Part shown: piece by piece, positions 8,639-17,084 of the stretch
How the letters are laid out: each line of letters begins with the position of its first letter
Position numbering within the stretch: the first letter of the stretch is position 1
Position numbers and translations under genes: made by a program
Sequence record: NC_048047.1
Length of the DNA: 64,000 nucleotides
Direction: 5' to 3' (one strand)
Notes under the pieces: generated by a model
Told to the model about the DNA's origin: nothing
Seen by the model: only the letters and a program-made list of their open reading frames with translations
The model's database searches: none

Positions 8639-9212
8639 CGACGCCATCCGCTGGAAGATCAAGGCGCCGCGCCTACTGCCGCTGATCCCCCGTCCCTGGC
8701 TCCAGGAAGCGGCTGAGACCATCCGAGCCGAATGGACAAATCTGCGGCGCGGTCATCACGAGCCGTCGATCACCTCCTACCAACCCTTCGTGCGTGACGT
8801 GCCGCAGCACCAGAAGCTCAATCCTGGTCTGTCCTTCATCTATACCAATGGCGTGGCCCAGTATCACACCGACGGCAACTATCCGCGCTTCTTCTACCTG
8901 CTGATCCTTCATTCGCGGTCCTACTGCGTCGATGGTGGAGCATGGCCCGAGCCGTTCACCGCCGATCGTCCAGGCGACTTGATCTGCCTGGATAGTCACC
9001 TGGAGCACGGGCTGCGCGCCAAGTGGCTGGAGGGACCCGAAGACCTTGACCCTGAGGAGATGAACGTCAACCGCTGTCTGCCGAGCTACTGGCTGGCGCT
9101 GTCGATGGATTCCTGGGCGCTCTTGACACCAGAGCAGACGATCATGGCCTATAGCCGCGCTTTGGAGCACAACAACAAGAATATGCCGGCGCAAGCCCTG
9201 GAGATCGCATGA
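8625..9212 (+). CDS. Putative 2OG-Fe(II) dioxygenase / cupin-fold protein
   Basis: GTG 8625 after GGAGG; HTD ... GDLICLDSHLEH gives an HxD...H facial-triad pattern. Confidence 0.55.
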   Translation: MHLPDDAIRWKIKAPRLLPLIPRPWLQEAAETIRAEWTNLRRGHHEPSITSYQPFVRDVPQHQKLNPGLSFIYTNGVAQYHTDGNYPRFFYLLILHSRSYCVDGGAWPEPFTADRPGDLICLDSHLEHGLRAKWLEGPEDLDPEEMNVNRCLPSYWLALSMDSWALLTPEQTIMAYSRALEHNNKNMPAQALEIA

Positions 9213-9709
9213 AGACCCACTTCCATCGTATCCAGCCGTCCACGGTCCAGGACGCCATCGAGCTTCTGCACTCGTGGATGGACGAAAACGACAAGCTGGG
9301 CTTCATCATGGAAGGCCAGTCCGGTCGCCTGCACCATGGGTTCATGCGCGTCGTGCGTAACGAATGGAACCTCTGGGACACCTCCACGCCAATCGTGCGC
9401 AACACCAAGGCCGTCTATGGCGTCAACCACGCCGACGACATCTCGGGCCTGATCGAAGGCGGTCTGCTGGCCAAGCTGAACGGCGAGGATTTCAACTTCG
9501 ACGCCGAAGCCCGCCGCTACAAGGACCACTGGGCGCGCGAGGCGGCCAGCAAAGTCAAGGCCGTGCCGATCGAACCCTACACCCTCGCTTCCAGCCTCAC
9601 GGGAAGGGCCGACCACCTCGCGCCCAACCCGACTACCCGCCCTGGCACCTTGGAGGCTCCGCGTAAGCGGGGAATCCTCGATCGCCTGTTCTCCCACTTC
9701 AATCAATAG
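9209..9709 (+). CDS. DUF6794-like hypothetical protein
   Basis: H.GF.R.VRNEWNLW ... GVNHADDISGLI motif recognised by eye. Confidence 0.5.
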   Translation: MKTHFHRIQPSTVQDAIELLHSWMDENDKLGFIMEGQSGRLHHGFMRVVRNEWNLWDTSTPIVRNTKAVYGVNHADDISGLIEGGLLAKLNGEDFNFDAEARRYKDHWAREAASKVKAVPIEPYTLASSLTGRADHLAPNPTTRPGTLEAPRKRGILDRLFSHFNQ

Positions 9710-9718
9710 GAGCCCCGC

Positions 9719-10219
9719 GTGGCCAAGACCGACCCCAACCTGCCCTTCCTCTTCCATACCTCCTACGGCGAAGGCGCGCGCCGCCACGGCACCGTGATCG
9801 AGGCCGACAGCATCGAGCATGCTCGCGCCCTGGCCGTCCAGCGCGGCCTCAACGAGACCATCGACAGCCTGGGCTATCAAGGCGGCGATCCGGGCCTGGG
9901 CCATTTTGGCGCCTACCTGCTGAACGAGCGGTACGTCGATGCTCTGCACGAAGCCACTTTCCTGGGCTTCATCGCCATGCAATCGGGCGCGGCCACCGCC
10001 CGTGAAATCCTGGGCGACCGGGGCCTGCTGCACGAGATCGTCCACCTCATGCAGATGGGCAACGATCTCGACGATGAGCATCCCGACAGCCGCCTGATCC
10101 GCATCCGCGAACGGGCCAAGGACATCGCCATGCGCGTCCCCGGCTGGCCCAACGCCCACATCAACCACTTCTACCGCAACGCCGGCTTCGTGCCGAAGAA
10201 GGAAGTGGTCGAAGCCTGA
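9719..10219 (+). CDS. HExxH family protein 2
   Basis: GTG after GGAG; ILGDRGLLHEIVH. Confidence 0.75.
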   Translation: MAKTDPNLPFLFHTSYGEGARRHGTVIEADSIEHARALAVQRGLNETIDSLGYQGGDPGLGHFGAYLLNERYVDALHEATFLGFIAMQSGAATAREILGDRGLLHEIVHLMQMGNDLDDEHPDSRLIRIRERAKDIAMRVPGWPNAHINHFYRNAGFVPKKEVVEA

Positions 10220-10410
10220 TGACCGAGGTCCGACAGGAGGCGTTTGTCCACGCCTCCACCGACCAACGCTGCGTCCGCCTGGACAACGTCCATGGCGGAT
10301 GGGCGGCGCGCAACGCCGCCGGCGTGGAGAAGCAGTTCCCCACCTACGAGGCCGCCTGCCGATATGCGGGACTGCCGCCGCGCGTCCGAGAGCCAGTTCA
10401 TGATCAGTGA
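10219..10410 (+). CDS. Small hypothetical protein
   Basis: TGATG coupling. Confidence 0.65.
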   Translation: MTEVRQEAFVHASTDQRCVRLDNVHGGWAARNAAGVEKQFPTYEAACRYAGLPPRVREPVHDQ

Positions 10411-10657
10411 CGACCTCGATCTCGTGGACCCCGAGGTCGAGGCCCTGGCCCGCGCCATCACCGAGGAGGACTACCGCTACGGCGGCGGCGTGATCCTGCA
10501 CAATGAGCCTGACCTGGACAAGGTCGATGCCCACGTGGCCGCCAAGGTCGAATCACGCTGGCCCGAGCGCATCGAGCAGGCTCAGTCTCTGCTGGCGACC
10601 TTGCATCGATACAACCACACGGTGATACGCCTTCAGGGGCGTCTCGACCTGGGCTAA
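10400..10657 (+). CDS. Hypothetical protein
   Basis: ATG 10400 (MISDDLDLVDPEV...). Confidence 0.65.
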   Translation: MISDDLDLVDPEVEALARAITEEDYRYGGGVILHNEPDLDKVDAHVAAKVESRWPERIEQAQSLLATLHRYNHTVIRLQGRLDLG

Positions 10658-10721
10658 AAGGCGCGACCGGGGAGCGGCGGCGTAGCCGGCGTGAAACGGG
10701 ATGCGTTCGTGCTCTAATTCG

Positions 10722-10747
10722 TTGACACCGTGACGCGACTCGTGGCA
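10722..10747 (+). promoter_or_regulatory. Class II promoter: TTGACA-CC-GTGACG-CGACTC-GTGGCA
   Basis: Box 2 bp after the -35. Confidence 0.7.
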
Positions 10748-10757
10748 CGAACAGTGC

Positions 10758-11669
10758 ATGCAGCAGATCACCGACAGCGCTCCCCATCTTCGAGGCTACG
10801 GCTGGGCGCCGGGCGGCTACATGTCGACGTGTCACTCCTGCGAGCAGACCTTCATCGGCGACAAGCGCGCCATCTCCTGCCATCCGTGCGCCACCCGCCG
10901 CTACGAGAAAGAGCATCCCGAGACCATGACCGACGATCGCCGCCGCGTGCGCCAATCCTTCGCCGTCTACCTGGACCAGGATGGCGTGGTGTTCGACTTC
11001 GATGAGGGCCTGCGTCGGCTCGGGTTCCAACCCGACCCCGAGTACAACAAATCGTCGCACGCGATGAACGACGAAGCCAACCTGTGGAAGCAGGGCATGT
11101 ACGAGGTGATCAAGGGCACCGACTTCTTCGCCCGTCTCCCGCTCATGGACGGAGCCGTTGATCTCTACGCGGCTGTCGAGGACGCCGACCCGATCTTCCT
11201 GACGGCGTCGCCGAAGTTCGGCTCGACCGAGCATGATTTCCTGACCCATCCCTTCTTCCTGGGCGCGGCCTACCACAAGCGCCGATCGGTCGAAGAGGTG
11301 CTCCTGCCCCAGGTCGCCAAGCTGCGTATTCAGCAGTTGACGGGCAAGGAGCCCAAGGCCGCCGTACCGCGCGTGCGGATCGCTGACGATCGCTTCATCT
11401 GCACGACGTCCGCGCGCAAGCAGGAGTATATGCACCGGAAGCACTCGCCGCATCAGGTCCTGATCGACGACCGCATCGCCAACTGCGAGGCATGGGCGGC
11501 GGCTGGTGGCATCGCCATCCTGCATACCTCGGCCCGTAGCTCGATCACGATCTTCGAGCGGCTCGTCGATAGGGTGCTGGCCGGCGAGACCTTGGAGGCA
11601 GGCGTGCTGCGGACGGACTTTCCGCGTAGCAAGCAGCCCAAGGTCGATCTGGCGCAGGTCCTGGGCTGA
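10758..11669 (+). CDS. HAD-family 5'(3')-deoxyribonucleotidase-like protein with N-terminal Zn ribbon
   Basis: YLDQDGVV (motif I), FLTA (II), LIDD (IV); N-terminal CHSC...GDKRA..CHPC. Confidence 0.75.
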   Translation: MQQITDSAPHLRGYGWAPGGYMSTCHSCEQTFIGDKRAISCHPCATRRYEKEHPETMTDDRRRVRQSFAVYLDQDGVVFDFDEGLRRLGFQPDPEYNKSSHAMNDEANLWKQGMYEVIKGTDFFARLPLMDGAVDLYAAVEDADPIFLTASPKFGSTEHDFLTHPFFLGAAYHKRRSVEEVLLPQVAKLRIQQLTGKEPKAAVPRVRIADDRFICTTSARKQEYMHRKHSPHQVLIDDRIANCEAWAAAGGIAILHTSARSSITIFERLVDRVLAGETLEAGVLRTDFPRSKQPKVDLAQVLG

Positions 11670-11953
11670 TGAAGGACGCCCTTCTGGCCCTCTACGCCGT
11701 GGTGTCGGCGACGGCCATGGGGATCGCGCCGCTCATCCCGCTTATGTGCATGGTGGTCATCGCCGTGGAGAACCCCAAGCCAGAGGTGGAACGTAAGGCC
11801 TGGGGCCAAGCGTTCCGGTTTGGACTAGCCTGCTTCTCCGCCGGCTTCATCATGCTGCTGCTGGCCTATGGCCTGGGCTGGATGGCGCCGACTTATCGGG
11901 GCATCCCGCTCTGGGAGCAGAAAAATTACATAGCCGAGCATACTCGGCGCTAG
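11669..11953 (+). CDS. Small membrane protein
   Basis: Two hydrophobic segments; coupled. Confidence 0.7.
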   Translation: MKDALLALYAVVSATAMGIAPLIPLMCMVVIAVENPKPEVERKAWGQAFRFGLACFSAGFIMLLLAYGLGWMAPTYRGIPLWEQKNYIAEHTRR

Positions 11954-11962
11954 GAGGAAGCG

Positions 11963-12214
11963 ATGGGACTGCAATTGGATTTGGCCTGGATCATCCTCTG
12001 GGCGCTCGCGGCAGGCACGGGCCTGTCCGTCGGTTTGTTGGCCGAGGACATGGACAAGCGCTTCTGGGGCACCGTCCTGGGTGGTTGTCTGATCATCCTC
12101 TTCTTCTGGAAGGTCGTTCTTGCGGCGATCATCACCTTCTACGTTTTCGGCGCCGTGCTCTGGGGTCTGGGCGCCCTGCACAATCTCTCGGTCGCGAAAG
12201 GCTGGTTGCGCTGA
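11963..12214 (+). CDS. Small membrane protein
   Basis: GGAGG RBS; about 3 TM. Confidence 0.7.
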   Translation: MGLQLDLAWIILWALAAGTGLSVGLLAEDMDKRFWGTVLGGCLIILFFWKVVLAAIITFYVFGAVLWGLGALHNLSVAKGWLR

Positions 12215-12546
12215 TGTCCCGTGTCGTCCACTGGTACGCCATCAAGCCCTGGTCCGGCCCTGAAGCAGATTATCGGATCGCCGATGATCTGGCCGCAGGC
12301 ACCAGGGTCCTGACCGCTTGCATGCGGGAGGGAGCACCGGTGATCTATGTCGAGAAGGTCACGGCCAAGGGGCGGACCTCCGACATGTTCAAGAACCGCA
12401 TCGACGCCTTCTACGTGGAGACCGGCAAGGAGTTCGAAGAAGTCCTGCCACCGGGCGAACCGTTCCGCTACGTCGACACCATTCAGATCGATCGTCCGTC
12501 GGGGCTCTACTTCTATCATGTCTACGCACGGGTCCTGGGTCTGTGA
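12214..12546 (+). CDS. Hypothetical protein
   Basis: ATG 12214 coupled (MSRVVHWYAIKPW...). Confidence 0.7.
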   Translation: MSRVVHWYAIKPWSGPEADYRIADDLAAGTRVLTACMREGAPVIYVEKVTAKGRTSDMFKNRIDAFYVETGKEFEEVLPPGEPFRYVDTIQIDRPSGLYFYHVYARVLGL

Positions 12547-12811
12547 AGTTCTAAACCGCCGAGACTTCGGTGGTAAAATACCCCGTGGCGCTAAGTCTAT
12601 CGACAGGAACACGCCATACGGGAACCCATTTCACATCTCGCCTAAGATGACTCGGCCACAGGCCATAGCAGCTTTCAGTGTCTGGCTCCCGACACAACCA
12701 GCATTGATCGCCCGCGCGCGCCGCGAACTCTATGGCTACAATCTTGCCTGCTGGTGTGATCCCTTGCCTTGTCATGGGCACATCTGGAGGAAAATTCTCA
12801 TTACACCGTGA
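12518..12811 (+). CDS. DUF4326-family protein (start uncertain)
   Basis: IDR.TPYGNPF ... LYGYNLACWCDPLPCHG signature; many A/T-ending codons. Confidence 0.7.
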   Translation: MSTHGSWVCEVLNRRDFGGKIPRGAKSIDRNTPYGNPFHISPKMTRPQAIAAFSVWLPTQPALIARARRELYGYNLACWCDPLPCHGHIWRKILITP

Positions 12812-12825
12812 CGCCATCCTTGACA
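12800..12825 (+). promoter_or_regulatory. Class II box GTGACG-CCATCC-TTGACA upstream of the alarmone hydrolase
   Basis: Box 12808-12825; contains a TTGACA; preceded by ATTACA-CC. Confidence 0.6.
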
Positions 12826-12855
12826 GGGTAAGCGAAACCTAGGACACAATGTCAC

Positions 12856-13656
12856 ATGCTCTCGACCCCCGCGATCAAAGAGGCCTACGAATTCGCCTGT
12901 CAGGCGCATGCGGGGCAAATGTACGGCGACCAGACGTACGACGTCCACTTCCTTTCGGTCGCCCAGACCCTGGTCGAGCACGGCTATGACACCGACGACT
13001 GGATCATCATGGGCCTGACCCACGATGTGGTCGAGGACACCCCGGTCACCAAGGGTCAATTGGCCGACCGTTATGGCGACAATGTGGCCGAAGGCGTGTG
13101 GACGGTTTCGGGCTTTGGCGCCACCCGTGCGATCCGCAACGGCTGCATTGCCCTGAAGCTCTTGCGCCGGCCGCAGTACGCGCCTTTGAAGTGCGCCGAT
13201 CGAATCAGAAACGTTCGATCCGCCGCCGAGAAGAAGTCCATCCGCCATGCCGAACTCTATCTGGGCGAGGCCGGCGAATTCGATCCGCTGGTCAAGGGCC
13301 ACGTCCTGGCCTCGATGTTCCGCGACTTGCAAGACGCCTACCATGAAGCCGAACTCATGCTTCAGGCCGAGGGCGTCCAACGGAAGACTGGGCCGGCGAT
13401 GGAAGTCCACCCCGACGCCGCCTTCGACGATCAGGCGATCGACGCCTTTGCCGAGGCGCTGAAGGTCAAGATGGCCCAGTCTCGCGCCAAGGGCCGGGGA
13501 GGATGGAGCCGGCCCGAAGAGGTCTCCCAGGCCGCCCTGGTCGAGGCGTTGCATCATCACGTGAGCAAAGGTGATCCCCGTGACGTGGCGCTGTTCGCCA
13601 TGATGCTCAACTACCATGGCTGGTCGACGGCCATGACGCTTTCCGAGGCTGCATGA
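12856..13656 (+). CDS. Mesh1/small alarmone hydrolase-like HD protein fused to a helical phage domain
   Basis: AHAGQ, Y..H, THDVVEDT, KCADRIRN; C-terminal HPD..DD.AID.FA...K.KM..SRAKGRGGW...HV.KGDP.DVA..AMML. Confidence 0.8.
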   Translation: MLSTPAIKEAYEFACQAHAGQMYGDQTYDVHFLSVAQTLVEHGYDTDDWIIMGLTHDVVEDTPVTKGQLADRYGDNVAEGVWTVSGFGATRAIRNGCIALKLLRRPQYAPLKCADRIRNVRSAAEKKSIRHAELYLGEAGEFDPLVKGHVLASMFRDLQDAYHEAELMLQAEGVQRKTGPAMEVHPDAAFDDQAIDAFAEALKVKMAQSRAKGRGGWSRPEEVSQAALVEALHHHVSKGDPRDVALFAMMLNYHGWSTAMTLSEAA

Positions 13657-14093
13657 CTTACACGATCAAGCAGGCGTTGATCGCCCTTGACCATCTGACC
13701 CCTTCCCTCCCGCGCGAGACCGAGAGCGAGGAGGGCGGTTTTGAGACCAAGCCACCGGCCGACAAGTCGTGGGGCACGATTTCGCTGGCGCGCCGCCTCC
13801 AGACGTCCAAGGAAGCCGCCAGGGTCATCGAAGATGATCTGGTCGAAGACGGGCTGATGATCAGGACACCCGGCTTCCAGGGCAATCCGCGATTCAACCT
13901 GACCGATGCGGGCCACGCCTATCTGGTTCTGGGCCGCAAGGGTGGGCTGACCGCCGAACAGATCGTCAAGCGCATCCCCAGGGGGCCTTGCGCGGCTGAT
14001 CCGATCTCCATGCGTGGCACGCTGCTGAAGATGGAGTTTCTCGGCATCGTCTCGTCGGCCGACGGCGGTCAGACCTACTCGCTGGTGTCGTGA
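13653..14093 (+). CDS. Winged-helix-like protein (possibly tandem)
   Basis: ISLARRL...LVEDGLM...FNLTDAG; second L.KMEFLGIV segment. Confidence 0.55.
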   Translation: MTYTIKQALIALDHLTPSLPRETESEEGGFETKPPADKSWGTISLARRLQTSKEAARVIEDDLVEDGLMIRTPGFQGNPRFNLTDAGHAYLVLGRKGGLTAEQIVKRIPRGPCAADPISMRGTLLKMEFLGIVSSADGGQTYSLVS

Positions 14094-14881
14094 TGATCCA
14101 CGCCCGCGACCAGGAGGTCCTGGAATTCGTTCGCCAGGGTATCGAAGGCCCCGAGTTCATGCGCTGCGAAGTGCGCGAGCGTATGTGGGGAGCCTATTAC
14201 TGGATGGTCGCCACCGCGACCATGGGCCAACTCCAAGAGTTTCGTAAGCGTGGCGTGATGGGTTTCAGTCTACTTGAGTTGACCACTGAAGAAACCAGGA
14301 AGATCATCGAAGCGGAGGTCGCTTGGATGCTTCCGGGGATGGTCACCCGGTTCCCCGAACAAATCAGTAGAAGTTTCGGCGGCCTGCATATCAGCGCAGG
14401 ACTTCGGCGCGCCTACGATTTCCACCACACCAAGCAGCACTTCGAAGACGAGAACCCGTCCGCCGAGGTTGTGGGCCAAAGTGTCGACCGCGATTGGTGG
14501 CTGGTCCGCAAGAAGGACCCGATCGGCATCCTGGAAGAAGACCGGGCGTCTGGCGCGCGCAACGCAGTCATGTTCAGCGACCGCCCCCACGCCTCCAAGG
14601 AAGATTACCTGGACAGTGACGTCGTCGACGCGCCGGCGCTGCTACCGGCTGAGTACCATATCCTTCTCGACGCCCGAGCCAAGTTCTTCAAGAGGATGCG
14701 GCTGGGCGTGATGGGCTCCAGAACGGAAGTCGCCGAGCCGTTGGTCAGCCTGGGGCTGATCAAGCTGGAGCGGCCTCAAGACCGTTCACGCTCCGTTCAT
14801 GCGTGGGAGATCAGGCTGACGGACCTGGGCCTGCGGTTCTGCGGCATCAGCGACAAGCAGCGCAGGACTTTCGAAAGATGA
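14090..14881 (+). CDS. Hypothetical protein with C-terminal wHTH-like segment
   Basis: LVSLGLI...IRLTDLG; coupled. Confidence 0.65.
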   Translation: MMIHARDQEVLEFVRQGIEGPEFMRCEVRERMWGAYYWMVATATMGQLQEFRKRGVMGFSLLELTTEETRKIIEAEVAWMLPGMVTRFPEQISRSFGGLHISAGLRRAYDFHHTKQHFEDENPSAEVVGQSVDRDWWLVRKKDPIGILEEDRASGARNAVMFSDRPHASKEDYLDSDVVDAPALLPAEYHILLDARAKFFKRMRLGVMGSRTEVAEPLVSLGLIKLERPQDRSRSVHAWEIRLTDLGLRFCGISDKQRRTFER

Positions 14882-15147
14882 GCGTCTTCACGCCGTCCGA
14901 GAAGCAGCGCGGCATGCTGCACAACGCCCTGGGCCTGCTTTGGGCCAAGGAGCCTTATCGACGCCATTACGTGGTGGGGAAGGATAGTCCCTCCTACCAT
15001 GAGTGGAAGGAGTTGTGTGAGCACGGATACGGCGAACAGGCCGCAGACTCCGAGACTGGAGAACTCTACGACGCCGGGCCTCAGGTCTGGTTCTATGTAA
15101 CCGAGAAGGGCGCCGCCCTCTTCGGCAAGTCGCTTCCCCGCGACTAA
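14878..15147 (+). CDS. Hypothetical phage protein (wHTH-like)
   Basis: ATG 14878; YRRHY...W..L...GY...FYVTEKG. Confidence 0.65.
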   Translation: MSVFTPSEKQRGMLHNALGLLWAKEPYRRHYVVGKDSPSYHEWKELCEHGYGEQAADSETGELYDAGPQVWFYVTEKGAALFGKSLPRD

Positions 15148-15171
15148 AGCTTACAAGTTTGGGTGGTGTAA

Positions 15172-15567
15172 ATGGTGACAAAGGTTGAAAACTCGCTGTG
15201 GCCAGGGCGCCGCAGGGTCTGGGTCGAGTTTCTATTTGGAGGTCCGTTCAGCACGGCCTTCATCAATGAGAAGCAGTCCCATCGTGACGCGGCCATCGAG
15301 TTCAAAACGATGACGGCCGAAAAGCTCTGCCATCCGTGCGGTGACGGCACGAAGTGGAGCTTGTCCGACGCAGGCCGCGTGCTGCGTGTACTCTACATGC
15401 TGAGCGACAAGGAAGCTGGCCCCTGGACCTTGACCCAGGTGCGCCAATTCGCCGACATGAAGCGATTGACGGCCGACGAGGTTCTCCTGGGCCTCGAAGT
15501 CCTCGTCGAAGACAAAATCGTCCTCCTGCAACCTTCTTCCCGCACCCTCAAATGGGACCTGAAATGA
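15172..15567 (+). CDS. Hypothetical protein
   Basis: Co-directional ORF; start uncertain. Confidence 0.6.
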   Translation: MVTKVENSLWPGRRRVWVEFLFGGPFSTAFINEKQSHRDAAIEFKTMTAEKLCHPCGDGTKWSLSDAGRVLRVLYMLSDKEAGPWTLTQVRQFADMKRLTADEVLLGLEVLVEDKIVLLQPSSRTLKWDLK

Positions 15568-15800
15568 CCAAGACCTACTTCACCCGAGACGGGCAAGTCT
15601 ACAAACTGCAACTGGGGGAAGAAATCCCTATGCCGCTCGGCGGCGCAAAGCTGCGCCACACCCAGCACCTGACCGACGCTGGCTTCAACAAGGCGGCCTA
15701 CCCCGAAGTCGCTGAGAAGGAACTGGCGCAGGCCGCCGAACTGGCCGAGGCCATTCGAGAAGTTGATCCGACCTTCGATGGTAAGGCGGGCTTCTGCTAG
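15564..15800 (+). CDS. Hypothetical protein
   Basis: ATGA coupling at 15564. Confidence 0.65.
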   Translation: MTKTYFTRDGQVYKLQLGEEIPMPLGGAKLRHTQHLTDAGFNKAAYPEVAEKELAQAAELAEAIREVDPTFDGKAGFC

Positions 15801-15813
15801 AAAGCTGTTGACA
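15797..15813 (+). promoter_or_regulatory. Class I promoter (CTAGAAAGCTGTTGACA)
   Basis: Repeat motif. Confidence 0.8.
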
Positions 15814-15865
15814 AGCCTCCTCGTCCCCGCGTAAGAGAGCGTGACACCAACGAGGAGGCCCTGTC

Positions 15866-16171
15866 TTGAGCGAACGCTACGAAGTCCGGTTCATTACGCC
15901 CACTGGCGTACCGAACCCCAAGGGCGCCTACACCTACAGCGACGCCCTGTTCGTCCGGGACTCGGCGGCCAAGATGGACCCGCCCTACGCCCTCGCCAAT
16001 CCAGACATCGTGCGCTTCACCGAGACGGTGGTCCCCGCCTCGGCTTATCCGCGTCTTCTGGAGCCGCTGACCGGCCTGGAGATCACCGAAATTCGCACTG
16101 CTCTGCGTCGCGGCTGCGATGAGCGCACCGCGCAACGCGCCCTGGCCCAGATGGGAATCTTCGACCGATGA
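15866..16171 (+). CDS. Hypothetical protein
   Basis: TTG after GGAGG. Confidence 0.7.
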   Translation: MSERYEVRFITPTGVPNPKGAYTYSDALFVRDSAAKMDPPYALANPDIVRFTETVVPASAYPRLLEPLTGLEITEIRTALRRGCDERTAQRALAQMGIFDR

Positions 16172-16623
16172 AGCTGAAGCGTCCCCTCAAGACCGCGTCC
16201 GATCTCAAGCGCGGTGTCCGCCTCGCCACGCCGGCCCAGCGCGCCAAGCTGGACCCACTGGAACTCGCCAACGTCGTCGAAGCCGAGCGGAAGATGAAGG
16301 CCTACGATGACAAGCGTGCGGCCGATCTCGAAGCGGCCAAGCGTTCGCCGCTCGATGCCTATCGCGCTGGCAAGGGCTACACCGGCGACCCCATGCCCGA
16401 TAAGGGCCAACGCGACGGCTCCTGCAATCGCTCGGCCTGCCAGCTTCCCCTGGCCGGCAACCGCCAGTTCTACATGAAGGACCACTTCACCGGCGGGCGC
16501 CTCTACTATTGCCCGGCCTGCGAGCGCAAGTTCACCGAGGCTGATCGGCAGTTCGGTGAGCCGATGCGCTGCCAACCGGACGAAGACAACGAAAACCGCC
16601 CGCGTTGGGAGACCTATCCATGA
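16168..16623 (+). CDS. Zn-binding phage protein
   Basis: KG..DGSCNRSACQ ... YYCPAC. Confidence 0.7.
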   Translation: MKLKRPLKTASDLKRGVRLATPAQRAKLDPLELANVVEAERKMKAYDDKRAADLEAAKRSPLDAYRAGKGYTGDPMPDKGQRDGSCNRSACQLPLAGNRQFYMKDHFTGGRLYYCPACERKFTEADRQFGEPMRCQPDEDNENRPRWETYP

Positions 16624-17075
16624 CCGGCCCGCAACGCCTCGCCATCTTTCTGGTCTTCGCCGACATCCTGACCGACAGGCAGTTTCCCGAAGGCCAGCGG
16701 ATCAAGAACTTCTCCTTGACCGACCTGAACGTCGCGCAAGATCACATGAAGTTCGAGGACTTCCAGCAGGTTCGTCGTGTCTTGCGCGCCATGGAAGGCG
16801 ACGGGCTAGCCCGCAATACCGACGGCTTCTGGACCTTGACAGCGTCCGGCGCCGTCTACCGTTATCTCTGCCGCAAGGCCGAGACGTCGGTCGATCCCTC
16901 CGAGCGCATCCCCTACAAGAAGCTGATCATGCTCGAAGAGTTCGACGTCTACGCGGCCAAGAACATCAATCACGCTCCGACCGAATTGCGTGAGCGCAAT
17001 CTGGTCGAAGCTGACTTCCGCAACAAGACCGTCTGGCTCTCGGACGTCTTCTATCCGCTCTCACTCCTGTCCTAG
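16620..17075 (+). CDS. Winged-helix-like protein
   Basis: VRRVLRAMEGDGL...WTLTASG. Confidence 0.6.
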   Translation: MTGPQRLAIFLVFADILTDRQFPEGQRIKNFSLTDLNVAQDHMKFEDFQQVRRVLRAMEGDGLARNTDGFWTLTASGAVYRYLCRKAETSVDPSERIPYKKLIMLEEFDVYAAKNINHAPTELRERNLVEADFRNKTVWLSDVFYPLSLLS

Positions 17076-17084
17076 GAGCATCCC

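Noticed and set aside
9149-10534. Long opposite-strand ORFs in the track (also 19580-20857, 42603-43877, 53591-54400, 58195-59523, 59542-60492, 62434-63387)
   Set aside because: Shadow ORFs caused by strong C/G third-position bias of the real genes; no RBS, no motifs, and they fully overlap well-supported genes.
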